Origin: Lingula anatina | Taxonomy: Eukaryota > Animalia > Brachiopoda | Length of the DNA: 64,000 nt | Direction of reading: 5' to 3' | Assembly: GCA_051362555.1 (NCBI GenBank) | Contig: CM120642.1 | Coordinates: 31,868,001 to 31,932,000, forward strand | Part shown: positions 1 to 13,530 of the stretch, in pieces | How positions within the stretch are numbered: position 1 is the stretch's first letter | Layout: every line of letters starts with the position of its first letter | Translations under genes and position numbers: made by a program | Notes under the pieces: model-generated | What the model was told of the DNA's origin: nothing | Databases searched by the model: none | The model's input: the letters and a program-made list of their open reading frames with translations, nothing else

Positions 1-3000
1 AGTCTGCACTTCCATGAAAATAGCCATGCCTCTGTGGTTCATTTTTACAAGTTTATCACAACAGCTGTGGATACAGCTTGCCTGAAATAATAGAATCAAA
101 CATTTAACAAAATTTAAGAATACATAGTGTGACATGCTGTCACTGAACCACAACTGTATGATTCAAAGTTAATTGTGCTCAATGAATAAAATATTAGGTA
201 GTCACCACTCAAAAAAAAAACTTTATCCTTCTAACAATTATGTTCTGTCTTTCAAAGAAAAAATGTATATTGACCATGATCCGTTCCAAGAAATAATTCA
301 TATCAAGGAATGGATTGAGAATCTTACCAATTCACACAGTGGATATTATTTTTATTTTATTGTTATGTATGCTATCTGGGTGCATGTATTATAAACCTGC
401 TTCAACCTTTTACTGCTGAGAGGTTTCTCTGGCATACTTACAACTTCACTGACTGTTATCTGTACTTACCTCATCTTTAGTCAACTGATTGTAGTTAAAG
501 TTAGACACACAACGACTGAAGCAATTATCTGTCATTTGGTTGTAAATTGAAAAGAAGTCTCTGGACTGAAAAAAAATTCTGATACAATTAACCACATTTA
601 TGTTTTTCTCCATTTTTTAAAAAAATTTTCAGTGGTGTTCATGTTTTAAAAAAGGGAAGTAATTGATTTCTTATAAATTTTTTATGATAAATGAGCTAAT
701 TTTAAAAAATGGTACTTGTGCAGTATACCCTTGAATTATACATGGAAGTCTTTGGTTTTTTTCCTAAATTTATTCAGTTATTAGGTTACTTTCATCAATG
801 TCTCTGCTATTCAAGTAAATCTATTTGTCATTAACTTGCTGGTTTTTTATTATATTGTACACTGTTGAAATGACCATGACTCCTATCATATCATCATGGG
901 CTTAAACACATTAGAAAACATTACGAAAGTTGTTAAAATAATTCATCTGAAGAGCAGAGACAATGATCTACATAAATGAATGAAGAAAAACATTGAAATT
1001 CATACTTAATTATAAATTTGGTGAGGGGGTGGGGGGGGGGAACATACTGCATAAGTTCCAAAAAGAAGCCATTAAAATTACTTGATCTAACCAAAGCCTC
1101 CACATTTAAATAATGCAGGTTAGCTCCATGCCTAAAAACTGATTTGCATTACTTGGTGACAAAATCTATGATCACTGGTTAATGATCACCAAAAAATCTC
1201 TGTAATAAATTACTGGTACATACCACTCTCATTTGCTGGTCCAGCGATGCACTTTGCATCTGAGCAGCGTTCATTTTTTCAGCCAAAAATATTCTATTTG
1301 GGTGATCTTTTAGATAGTAACAATACAAACTCAATAACTACTAACTATAGTAAATGACGTTGTGAATCCTTCTTCACATTGACACCACCACCAAGGACGT
1401 TGCCAAGTTAATTGCACGATGAGCCAAAAATACGATTTCAAATGAATTCCATTTTGCTCGATGTCATCCACTGTCTCTTTCCGTGATGGGAAAATAAAAT
1501 TTCAGAACTGTTGCTGCATTTCATCAATAAGTAAAACATTAAAAACAAAAAAATAATGTGAAACTCGTCTGCCAGCCAAAAGCACATGGGAAGCCAACAT
1601 ATGATAGATGTCGCTTAACCTCAAGAAAAGCTAAATGTCACCCAAAGCAAGTTTGTGTATTTTATGATTCAAATAATCTTGTTAGACTAATATAAGTCAC
1701 CAATGTAAAATATGTTGCACTCATTCCATTTTGATAAGTGTTTTAGGAGAAATAGTGCATTTTGTAGGAAAATACCCGTATGAGATGATGTCATTGCCAC
1801 AAGTTAGACGACACACAGACAGACATATTTGGAAACAAGGAACAGGTAAGCAGTACTCTGTGTGGCGACCTGTGCTTCTCGTTTTGCTTTGCATGTTAAC
1901 TTCACATTTTCAGAGTGGTGGTGATATCACTTTATCTGCGCTATTGCAGAGGTACAGTGTCAGCGAAAGCTTTCGTCAGTTAAGCCTCAAGATGAAAGCG
2001 TTCACGTAGCTGAGCCAAGAGCTCAAATACACGTACTCATCTGTGTTGTGCTCCTGTCAGAATGAACACGTAAACAATGCTCTGGAATTTAGCTTTCTCC
2101 AGTGCTTACAGATTTTTATTGAAATTATGATATCAATTGCATTTTAATGAATAGTCAATCAGTAAGATGTACAATGTAACGTACATGTACAAGTTACAAT
2201 ACCCACCAGTTTGGGTACTTTTGCAGTACCCCCACCCCCACCCCCACTCGTTTAATACAATTCCTCAGTGTTTATCAAAATTAAGTTGCCTGTGTTCAGT
2301 GTATCTGCTATGAAAAAAGTTAGTTTGGAAATTTACTGTTTGTATTTTATTGGTCATTTTTTTTATTATTAAACCTCAAGCTCTTTTACCAGTAAGATAA
2401 CCCAGCTATAATGGCCTCAGCTTTCATGATATTTGGATGGCATTAAGTTTCACTAAAAACATTGATAAATTGAATTGCCATTCTAATTTCTTTTAAATAA
2501 CTGAGCTAATTTTCTCATTTTTAATTATGAGACATTCTTTCTTGGAAAAGTGTGAGTTCTTTAGGCCTGTTGGATTGATCTTACTCCTCTGGGATTCCCA
2601 CTAAATTACAGTACATTCAATTTAAGCAGCTTAAATGGCTGAACGCCCCTCATAACTTAAAATTACTTGGGTAAAGTCTTGGAAACTTAATGGTCCATGA
2701 TGTTGTTCATGTTGCTTTCCAAGGGGGTGCCAGACAATTATACTGAACGCAGTCTTGGAAATAACATGTCATTTGGTGTGGGTCAGGGTGAGACCCAGCT
2801 TAATTATAATTAAGAGAAGTCAGACAAGTTTCTAAAATGTACTACAGTATGCTGCCACAAGTTTCATTGTAAGCGTGATTGTGAATCAATAAGATTGCCA
2901 TTGTTTCACCGCTGACCTTTTGTTCTGTTGGAAAGTTTAAGCAAAACAAGAACAGCACTATCTTATTTGAGTTAAGGTTAATTTTCTGGTGCTTAACAAT

Positions 3001-4288
3001 CATGACTTCAGAGTTGCCAACTTTGTGCATTTATTAGTATTCCATGCATTATTTACCAGTTGTTAACAGGTGTTATGCTGTTATTAATAAGACATTGTAG
3101 AGTAGATATATGCATTTTGAGCACTGTCATTTTGACAACTCTGTCAGTCAAGTGTATTCAAAACAGGACAATATTATGTAAACATGATCACAACTTTTAC
3201 TTGTCTTTTCACTTCCAAGTGTCACTTTAATTTATTGTGTTGAACTTAGTTTAGTATTTTGAAAAAAAATCATCTACTTACAGATCAAGTGTTTCTTACA
3301 TGAAAAAAGCAGTAATGAAAAGTCTTACTGGAAGAAACAGAAGTTGATTTTTAAGTCTGTTTAGACTAGAATTATTTTCAACCCTAAGACTGACTGTAGA
3401 CTAACATTGAAGGTGACAGTATATTTTCTGTTGTGATGGACATGTGGTGTATTATGTAAATTTAGAAATTGCACAAAAATAATGAATTTTCTTATGAATG
3501 CTTCTGACAAACTAATTTGATAATACCTACTATTTTTATCCCATAATGTGTTATGTAAAGTTACTTTGCATCTATCGGCCTGAAGCTGTAGTCACAGACG
3601 GAAATCGTGACTGGGCATTCAGTCAGTTTTAATTTCCTGCCTGCTGTATTGGATGAAAAAGCTATTGGTTTCACTAAATTGCCTTGTTATTAATTACGCT
3701 ACCTTAGCCAACATTCTCTTTACATTTAACCATAGGTATTGTGTTGACACCCAAATATATCATGAATAAGTTTCAGGACCTCTAATTTAAATAGTATTTT
3801 CTCATCGATTAAACCATTTTATTTTGTGACCAAATGGCTGAATAAAGAGCAGCACTAATATTTCTTTTACTTCTTTTTCTTAATATGCCAAGAGTGCTAC
3901 CCTTAAGAGTCCATCGAAGATGTTATTCCCGTCTTCCCAATCAATACTGGCCCCATTCCAATTCCACTGTGCTGCTTGGGGAGAATAAAGATTGGTATAG
4001 ATTTTTTGGAAGTTCAGTTGTGTGTGTATGTTACATAGTGAGAGCAGTTCAATAGAGCAGAACACAGTTGATGAGTTTTCTGTAAGCTTTGCTATATGTC
4101 ACAAAGGATGATGTGTACAAGGAAGAAAGAAAATATTGATAAAATGCTGGAAGATTAAATGAGATGAAGAAAATGTATATCAGGTGACAGTGTTTAATCT
4201 TTGTCCTCACTGTGAAGTTTCAACTGGGAGGCTACCAGGTGTGTTTGTAGGTTTAATGTGGCCAGGTATTTGTATAAAATCATTCTAA

Positions 4289-4503
4289 CACCCCATTCTC
4301 ATAGATTAGATCGACCTACATTGGATCGACCTAACTCCCTGGGGGTTCACGCTAAATAGCTGTCAGCCGGGCGGACACGAAAGTTAATTACCCCTTAAAG
4401 CTTGTAGTAGGCGGGGACGGACACTTAAGGGGGATTATCTGACAGTAATCTAGTGAGACTCCCCGCGGTGATAGATCGATCTAAAAGTTGTGAGAACAGA
4501 GCC
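4289..4503. mobile_element. Palindromic MITE, PIF/Harbinger-like (TAGATCGATCTA family)
   Basis: Colinear homology with 51282-51507; imperfect inverted ends; flanked by TAA/TTA. Confidence 0.7.
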
Positions 4504-5338
4504 TTAGTCACGTATTTAGAATAGCATATCACCTGCACAATTGGCTGACAGACTCTGACTGTATTGCACAAGTATGAAAGATGGCCTTTTGTGCTATAGG
4601 ATTACTTTGAGCCATATTGTCATCATTATTTGATGGTTAGGCTGGGTTTGTGCAGGTTGGATATAGCAGAGTGCTGGTAGGTTGTACCTGTAATCACATT
4701 ACATGAAACTTGTATGTACACTAAGGACAATGAAAGATGTGAATACATTGATTTTTGCTTTTCTTTCCAATCTATTGAATCAATTAGGTACATTATGTAG
4801 CTGAGATCCATATGTTTCGAGTTTGGATTCGCGTTAAGGAAGTACTTGTAATTGGGTTTTTACCGCAGAATAAGAAAAATTCCTCCACTTAGTAAGTAAG
4901 CATGCATGTTGGTGTGTGTATGTGTATATATGTGTGTGTGTATTTGTGCACAATATTATGTTTATTTGTTAGTCCGGGTTTTTAAAATACAGGTTGGTTA
5001 TACAGGTGTGTGTTTTTGTGTGTCATGTTCATTTGGGAATGAATTGCACTGCTAATGTTTCTTTTGTGACAGTGACATGTGGTATATGCATATTATGGTT
5101 AGGACCTTGCTTAGTGGGTTTTAGACCAGGCACAGCAGTAGACAAAATAGGGTCAGGGTAAACAAGATGTCCTTGACCAGACAGTGAACCAGTAACACAA
5201 GTGTTACAGTTGTCAGTTAATCTAAATGGCATACCTAATTGTGTATTATATGAATGCAAGAACCAGCAGGTGGTTTTCCAGGTCTGTTCAAACTAGGACA
5301 ATTTTAAACTGAAAGTTTGACTAACTTGCAATACTACT

Positions 5339-5547
5339 CAGGGTTTTTCCAGAATTGAGGGTACAGGCTGTCCAGAATTACCACACGTAATATTCTACAA
5401 TATTTTAGGGAGTCCCAAGTATGCCTTAAGTCATCATATTTAAAAAAAAAAACCATAAGCCGTCCAGCCATCTTTAAAAACACGGGCCGTCCAGTAATCT
5501 GGCAGCCATCCAAATGACTCCTGGGCGGTTCGCTGGGAAAACCCTTG
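5339..5547. mobile_element. hAT-like MITE with 8-bp TSD
   Basis: TIR CAGGGTTTTTCCAG...CTGGGAAAACCCTTG; flanks ATACTACT / ATACTACA. Confidence 0.75.
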
Positions 5548-5558
5548 ATACTACAAGT

Positions 5559-5562
<4 letters not shown>

Positions 5563-5607
<45 letters not shown>
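5563..5607. repeat. (TA)n microsatellite
   Basis: Read directly. Confidence 0.95.
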
Positions 5608-5612
<5 letters not shown>

Positions 5613-6351
5613 TAGTAGTACCATGTAATTTAAATGAAAACTGGGCCAATCAAGCCTCTGCCAAGAGAGGCCCCACTGTACCTGAGGCATATGAATCAGT
5701 TTTGTTAGTCTAATAAAATGACAGCACATCCCATGATTCTCACTTTTGTTGTAAGCTAGACATTTTATGACATTATTGAGAACTAAATCGCCACTCTGTC
5801 TGAGCCAGCATATGGTAGCATTAAGTAGGCAGTGCCTTTATTGGTCGTTAATACACTGAATAGCTTCTTGATCAGTTTGGTATCCATCTGAGTTCCACCA
5901 GAGTTTCAGGAAATTAATCAATCACTTCACTAGTCACAAGCAATTGGTGTTCAGCATGTTAGCTAGTCTTGATATCTTAAGACGTGATCTAGACTTGATT
6001 TGATTACTTGTACTGCTGTTTTTTTTTTTTTTTTTTGTTTTGTTTTTTTTTTGCACAGTATTTGCTCTTCTTTTAATATTTGATAATTATACCATTTATG
6101 ATATGTACCCGCATATCTTAATGTTGTCTCAGAGGTTGCAATATATATTTAATGTTGCATAATGATGGACATATTATCAAGTAATTTTATTTTGATGGGC
6201 ACTTTTTCTCCTTCTACAAATCTTTTTATGATAATTGCCTTTACTCTGAACACAAATCTAAAGAAAAGCCAGATTTTGTGTAAACACAATTTGTAATACT
6301 TCCCTGGCTATCAAACATAACCATATTTTCCAGGTCCTATAATCTACAGCA

Positions 6352-9300
6352 ATGGCAGAGTCTCAAACCTCGCAAGCCGTCAATGGGATAGAAGACGACA
6401 GGTTTGAGCAGGATCTGAAGGAAATGCTGCGAGATGGACCAGTCCTTAATGACAGCAGCTCCACTGTCCAGAGTGGGGCCATGACTAAGGTGGACAGTGT
6501 GGGTCCAGCCAGCATAAAACCCCCTCTGTACACAGCAGGCATGCAGAGATCACAGACCTTCCCTACATGTAAGGAAACCCAATTTTTTTATTGGAGAGGG
6601 GGGGGGGGGTTAAAATAGAGCACAATGTAATGCTGTGTGGTTCCAGTTCAAAAGTGTACACTACTACAGGGTGCAGGGTGCTCCATAAAAACACAACATA
6701 TTTTAAATTGAGATTGAGATGAAAAGCAAAATAGGCCATTTTATGGTCCACCCTGTATTTCCTACCTTGTGTTTAAGTATTTATAAAATCAATGGACCAT
6801 TTTACATATTTAATTTAACTTAAAAATAATTAAATGTGCTTTTCAGGCAGTAAAGTCAAATGCGAAAGGTCAGGCTTTGCTTCAGTAGCTCGATAGTTTA
6901 CTAGTAACAACAACATACTCAGATTACATAAAAGTGGATTATTGTAAGCTTTGAGCATCACATATTGAAAGTAGTACAAATGGATAACATTTTATGCAAT
7001 TTCATGCTTGTAATGGATTTTGGTCTAAGCTGGCATCTAATGGACAGTTACTGTAATCATATGATTGCTTGCACTGCCATTAATGATTCATGCTTTGTTA
7101 CTTGCACAATATTCTCAATCCTACATGACTCAAACAGGCCCAAGAGATTGCAAAATTCATGAAGTAAATACATTTTCACTGAATGCTTGCTGTGTCAGTA
7201 ACATCCTTCCATATTTCCTTCTTGTAGCTACTGGTAGTCCCAATATGTCTGCAAGAAATGGCGGAGGGACCAACCCCCCACGTCCGTTTTCTCAGACGGC
7301 TTCCTCCAAACTGGATAGTATCAAAGAGTGGAGTCTCAACACATTCAAGTGCACCAAACAGCTGTTAGCAGAGCGCCTGGGCAAGGGCTCTAGGACGGTA
7401 GATCTGGAATTAGAATCAAAAATAGAAGTACTGAGAGACACACAGAGAAGATATTCCAATGTGTTAAAGTTGTCACGTGCTCTGACCAATCATTTTTATC
7501 ATGTTGTGCAAACACAGAGGGCGCTAGGGGAGGATTTCGCAGAGCTAGCGCAGAAGTCGCCAGAGTTGCAGGAGGAGTTCAATTATAACAGTGAAACGCA
7601 GAAAGCTTTGGTCAGAAATGGTGAAACACTACTAGGTAGGGAACTAAATCTGATGACATGCTGTTCTTCTTTTTTTTTATTTAATCAAAAAAGAAGAATG
7701 GGATTGTTTTTCCTTTTTTTCTCTGGAGGACATTTTGATAAACTAAAAAAAGATATTTAAGTATTTGATGAATTTTTAGCAGTGTTTTATAAAAAAAAAT
7801 AATGAAAAATAGACAAGAAAATGAAAATATTAGTTGGATTAAGCCTAGGTTAGATGTGTTGTTGTATGTTCTGTAATATATTTTCTGTCCTGACACATAT
7901 TTAATACTTTAGGTTTACCACAGACTGTATTCATTAATAAAAATTCCATTTGAGTTATTGAAATGACGGGATTTCTGCTGACCACACAGCAGTATATTTT
8001 CTGCATAATGCATCCTGAAACCAGCCTCACATGAATATTTCATGGATCTTCACTACTTTTCAGTGAAATAATCAGACTTATTGATCCATAGAAGCATCTC
8101 CACTATATAGATATTTGTTTTTGTCAAAATTTGAGATTCATCATTTAACAGAAGATTTCTGAGAAAATATTCTTTATTCTTAGAAATGTGCTTAGAGGAT
8201 ATTCTTAGAAAATGTGTCATGTATACCTTGAATAGAAAGCAGATTTTCTCCCCTCCAAAAAAAGGAAAGAAAGAAAAAGAAGAGGTACAAAAAATAGAAA
8301 GAAAAAAGAATAAATAAGATAAAGAACACAAAGCAAAAAACTGATAAAATATTTAAAGCATCATAACCCATGAATATAACCACTGTATGCCATTATCTTG
8401 GCTGTACCAATCTACTAGTGTATACTTTGTTCTATACAGCTTTATAAGCAGTTTGTACCATATAGATCTTAGTCTCCAGTGAGCATTATACTAAAATAAT
8501 GATGCCGATAATGAACTGTATTCATTTGCTATTGCAGGTGCTTTGAATTTCTTCACCTCCAGCATCAACACCCTGATCAACAAGACAATGGAAGATTCCT
8601 TGGAAACCATTAAGCAGTATGAAGCTGCAAGGTGTGTTTGTGTGTTAGTCAGCAGTTTGAGATTTAAAAAAAAGTAAAATATATTTCAATGCTCCTCACA
8701 AATAAAAACAATTGACATTTTAAGGTTTTCACACTTTGTAAATTTCTTGAAAGAACTAAATATACAACTGGTTTGTATTCAGGATTGAGTATGATGCCTA
8801 TCGCACAGATCTGGATACCCTGCAGTTGGGACCAAAGAACCCACAGACCATCCCAAGGCTTGAGGAGGCCAAGAGAAAGTTCCAGCTCCATAAAGACAAG
8901 TTTGATAAACTACGAGAAAATGTGTCCGTTAAGTTGCAGTTCTTAGATGAGAATAAGGTAATGTATTATACCTAAGCCATCAACTTTAAAGGTGGGGAGG
9001 GGGGGTCTTTTCTCAAAAAGTGGACATTTTTACCTCTTAGCTGATTTGACTCTAGAAATGGCACAGAACCTACATCGAATTTTGGTTCAGGGTGGACCTC
9101 TCCATCCAGAAAGGCCCTCCTCAATACCACCACCCCCTCCCCCCTGACAATCCCCTTAGACATACATGCACAGCAACTGTTCAGCACATTTACTGTGTGT
9201 GATTCATGGTGGAAATTGGATCTGGTAGACTGATTGATGAGAGGATCTACTGGTAGTATTGGCAATCAAAATAATCAATCTTCTTAGCAGCACAGTGCTT

Positions 9301-10006
9301 TCAGTGGTCAGCTTTCACTAATAAAAGGGGTTCCAACCAGTATTTCTAATATGGTAGAATGGTCAGTTATTCTACCTCAATATTTATTCCACGATATGTG
9401 CAATAGAATCTATTACCAGGATTATTAGCCTGGTTAGCTTTTCTGTAACAACTTTTTGGGTAACACCAGTAAATTTTGTATTCAAGTCAAATTAATTTTA
9501 TCCAAAACTAGTGATAGATGACATGAAATGATAAAGTAATTCTGTTTCACATGACCTATAGCATATCCTAGGTCTCATTCCTAATGAAGGTGGTGTTATA
9601 ATATGTAGATCGACATTCAGGGACTCACTGAATGCAATCAGAGTAACAGATTAACACACTTGCTCCCTGGCATTGAGCAAAATACAGAAAAGCTGGGGAT
9701 TATATGAGTACATTGGAAACAAGAGGAGGCATGTTAATCTGAGTGTATTCTGCCAGAGTTTCATTGGGTATCAGTCCATAGAAGATTGCTGTACACTCTA
9801 CTATGCCATATATTTTCCCAGAACAACCAGCATCATAGGTTCTCTATCATTTTCAGATCAAAGTGATGCACAAGCAGCTGTTGTTGTTCCACAATGCCAT
9901 ATCTGCCTACTTCTCGGGGAACCAGTCAGCTTTAGACACCACTCTGAAGCAATTTAATATCAAACTGAAACCAACAGGGGATTCCCCCTCATGGCTGGAG
10001 CAGTGA
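6352..10006 (+). CDS. ARFIP2: Arfaptin (AH/BAR domain), arfaptin-2-like; coding exons 6352-6568, 7228-7635, 8538-8631, 8783-8957, 9857-10006
   Basis: Phase-consistent GT-AG exons give [74 protein letters not shown] and C-terminal PSWLEQ*, all arfaptin signatures. 5' exons lie upstream; candidate AATAAA near 11982. Confidence 0.95.
6667..6755. mobile_element. Tc1/mariner-like MITE
   Basis: TA|CAGGGTG..CCATAAAA...TTTTATGGTCCACCCTG|TA. Confidence 0.6.
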
Positions 10007-10407
10007 GCTCACTGTGGTGGTTTCTCTCACCTTTGTTGCTGAAGATGATTCTTTGGAGCTGGAGTCTAGGTTAAAACTTCATGGAATAATGGAGCAGCAG
10101 CTCCCCTTTTTTTTCTTTTTTTTTTTTTCACGCCCTTCTTTGCCATAGTCAAGTACATGGCAGGAAGAGCACAGGAATTAAACATTAGCAAACACAAAGA
10201 CGTTACAAATAATGATTTGTATGATATCTTGGACATAATATTGTGATTTTGTCCATGATGATACTAACAGACAACCTTACACAGAGTTCTGATGGACCAG
10301 GCTGAAGTCAACCTTTACACTCAACTTTCACTTCTATATCAGTTGATTACATTTGATTAAACAACTTTAATTTAATTGCCATTGTGCTCCATTTTAATGT
10401 GATGATG

Positions 10408-10536
10408 CAAGCTCCAAGTTCACAGTGATAACTTGGAAGAAAAGATACATGAATATTACAGTTATTCTTGATCAAGCTCCAAGTTCAGTGTGATAACCTC
10501 GAAGAAAAGATATATGAATTATACAGTTACTCTTGA
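10408..10536 (+). repeat. Tandem duplication of about 64 bp in the arfaptin 3' UTR
   Basis: CAAGCTCCAAGTTCA..TGATAAC..GAAGAAAAGATA.ATGAAT..TACAGTTA.TCTTGAT present twice. Confidence 0.85.
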
Positions 10537-12583
10537 TATTTGAATGAAAGATGAAGAGGTTATCTTTCTGTGTCTTAATTTGACTGAAAGTGACTTTTTT
10601 TTTGCCTTGTTAGATGCTGAACTTTTTTCACCCAGTCTTTTCCCAAATTTTATCAGGTGTTTATTGTTACGATATGTGATTATATTGCATTATTTATTGG
10701 TAAGTCACTGTTATGGACTTTGTTACATGTATTCAAGTTGCAGTCTGTTAATTTTGTTGCATAAAATGTTTTCATGTCAGCTCTTTTATTCTCCAAGAAA
10801 GACAAAAATTAGTTGAAATAAAGTTGGTGGTCATAGTAAAAATTAACGTCCAATGTAAAGTGCAGGCACATAGATGTAGGCTGTGTCCATTGGTAAATAT
10901 CTTATCAAACCAGGTGAAATATTCATATTAAATATGTGTACATAGCTTTGTTAAAATGCAGATTGGTGTAGATATCAAGTGATTTCTAAGATGTGATGAA
11001 GCAAGTGTATTCCAAGCACCTGTCGTGTTCAGAGCAGGAGAATTAGTTTTAGGTGGGAAGGGGGGAGGTTAAGTGGTTTCCCATTGTTGACAAATATTCA
11101 AGACTGATTGATGAGTGCTTACTTCATTCAATTTATTTCTGGAGTCAGAGATACTAAATGCTGAAGCCGTCTCCTGGTCTCTTTCATAGTTAGGGTTGGT
11201 ATTCTGAACAGACAATCTTTGATAGATGCATTTTGTTTTTTAATTAAGTTGATGTGGCTATGGGTTTTTTAGAGGGTCTTGTTTGTTGTAGGATGGTAAA
11301 GTGGTGGTGATTAGAGATAAAATCTATATAATTTGTCATTTGTGACTTTTAATTACGTCATTTCTTAAGTACAATGTACATTAAAGACTTACAAAGTCAT
11401 ATGATTGACATTAGCAGTAATTAACAACTTTTGGGTACAAATTCAACTGTGAAATTATTTGTAGTCTATTTCAAATTTTGCTCTTAGAAATTGACGAATG
11501 GTTGTGACAAAAAATGTAAAATCTGTTTTGCCACTAATTTCTTTGTTGTCAGTAATTCTATTTCTTTAGAAATGGTTCTGTTAAAAATCTTGTGAAGTAT
11601 TAAAGTCTGCCCCCAACCTCTTCCTGGTAGAATTTGCTTCCCTGGAGAATACTGTAGCAGCTGTTGTAATGTACATAGTTTTGTGTGAGAAACGATACTG
11701 GATTTTGGTGGGAAACAATTATAATTTTAGTTGAAAAATGATGAATGTGTTGATAAGTGTTGTAATGACAATTAAAAAAGGGATAATTGCAATATAAGTC
11801 TGCTAGTTTGTTATAGGAAGTTTTGGTAGACTTTCAGTCCTTGCTTTTGATACTGTTATTTGTGATTGCTTTATTTCAATTTACTTATATTTTTTTGATA
11901 ATCATTATATATTCTTTATATTTCAGTTGCATGTATGGATGCCATACATTGTACATAGATATGCCACGTTTACAAACGGTCAATAAATAACAGATGGGTT
12001 AACTTTGTCCTTGTTTACTTTTGAAATAGAAAATAATTAAGGTCTTGGAAGTTGAAATTTAAAGTACAAAAATTTTTGTAGAAAAGCACTAGTGCTAGTA
12101 AGCTTAAAGATGTACAAAATTTGCTCCCTTCACTTCCTTAAATTATATTTCAGATGATTGAAGTGATATATGACAAACAACACTGTTTAAATTTAAATAG
12201 TGTATTTTTTACACACGCAGATCTTACATGGTGCCATTTAGTTTTGAAAAATTTTACATTTTAACTCTGCCCTGTTTCAATTAATTAAATTCAGTAAACA
12301 AATATATTAAAGCATACTACAACAATTAATACATGATGATGTAACAGGAAACATCTATAATGTCCCACTGTGTTGATAGTCCTGATCTGTCATATGTGGA
12401 GGAGTCATGCTATCCACCTTAAGTTTGCAAATTCCCTTTAAATATAACAGGTCCTGTGTAACACTGGAAAAACCTGCTACGCATTCCTTCCTTGTACTCC
12501 AAGGCCCACTCCAGGATGTAATAATCAATGTATGTTCACTTCAGATAACAATTCCTCAGAATGTTTTCATAAGAAATGAAGTG

Positions 12584-12868
12584 CTAATTAAGTTCTGGCA
12601 GGTCAGAAGAAGAAGAGGCCTGTTCTGCCTTTATCTGAAAATTCTTCACTATGACTCGCGTTGTGTCCACTGCACGGTCAGCACAGTTCTGAATGCAGGT
12701 TTCCACCCTCCCGCCAAGGGAGGAACTCATCTTAGACACGCACAGATCAAAACAGTTCTCTGAGAGCTTCAGGATGCGGGCCATCACCTGTGACTGTGCT
12801 GACATCTGTTGGGCATACTGCTGTATTTGAGGGTCGTTCAACAGGGCATTCTCGTCCACACCAGACAT
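12584..12868 (-). CDS. TIMM8: Small TIM chaperone, Tim8-like copy B (94 aa, MSGVDENALL...)
   Basis: Twin CX3C with 14-residue spacer (CFDLC-x14-CIQNC) followed by ADRAVDTT. ATG at 12868 lies just after an acceptor (tttccttacag ending 12898). Confidence 0.85.
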   Translation of the reverse strand: MSGVDENALLNDPQIQQYAQQMSAQSQVMARILKLSENCFDLCVSKMSSSLGGRVETCIQNCADRAVDTTRVIVKNFQIKAEQASSSSDLPELN

Positions 12869-12993
12869 CGTGTTTTTTTTATGGGTATTCGGCAATTCTG
12901 TAAGGAAATGAGAGTCAAAATTACCAAGGCAAATTTCTATGACATGTTCAGTATTCAAATGCAGAGGGTTAATGCAGCTCGGGTAAATTCCGA

Positions 12994-13254
12994 TCAAGAT
13001 GATGATGATGCTGATCTTTCTTCTGCTTTCTTCTGAAAACTCTTTACTACAAAATAGGTTGTGTCAACTGCTCGTTCTGCACAGTTCTGAATACAGGTTT
13101 CAACTCTGTCTCCGAGAGAAGGTCCTGGTTTGAATATGCACAAATCAAAGCAGTGGTCACATAGTTTTAGAATGAGGGCCATGTCTTGAGCCTTCTCCGA
13201 CATAATTGGGATCTTGGTGTCACTCAAAATGTCACTTCGATCTGACACGGACAT
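12994..13254 (-). CDS. TIMM8: Small TIM chaperone, Tim8-like copy A (86 aa)
   Basis: CFDLCIFKPGPSLGDRVETCIQNCAERAVDTT twin CX3C; clear paralog of copy B; acceptor ttcattccag ending 13285. Confidence 0.82.
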   Translation of the reverse strand: MSVSDRSDILSDTKIPIMSEKAQDMALILKLCDHCFDLCIFKPGPSLGDRVETCIQNCAERAVDTTYFVVKSFQKKAEERSASSSS

Positions 13255-13530
13255 GATGTCTCTCTCTTTCCGTTATGCCAAGGCCTGGAATGAAGTCAAA
13301 CAGAGCTAAACCTAAATGTTACATTTATTGGAGTCTGGAAAAAACGCGAGTCCATCTAAAGTTATGTAACGCACGTGCGATCATCTTAAATACACTTTTA
13401 CGTTCACTGGTTTTCAACATGCCAAGGCTCATGTGCGATTCTGAAGTTCGATAGGGTATTTTATAACAGGTTAATATCGATTTTCGCTTAAAGTTTGCAT
13501 ATGTAGTATGCCTTTTGACCTTAAAAATCT

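Noticed and set aside
3880-4065. Minus ORF KIYTNLYSPQAAQWNWN..IDWE resembling a LINE (Tx1/L1) ORF2 C-terminal relic
   Set aside because: Too short and weak to support without a profile search.
173-5729. Short ORFs upstream of the arfaptin coding exons
   Set aside because: No recognisable domains; AT-rich intron-like sequence with MITEs and microsatellites. A possible alternative first exon (donor near 1845) could not be supported.
12584-13254. Tim8A-Tim8B fusion by stop readthrough, or the 137-aa ORF starting at the TTG overlapping A's stop
   Set aside because: A's frame meets a second TGA 14 codons later; the 43-aa extension of B crosses acceptor-like sequence and has no small-TIM character.
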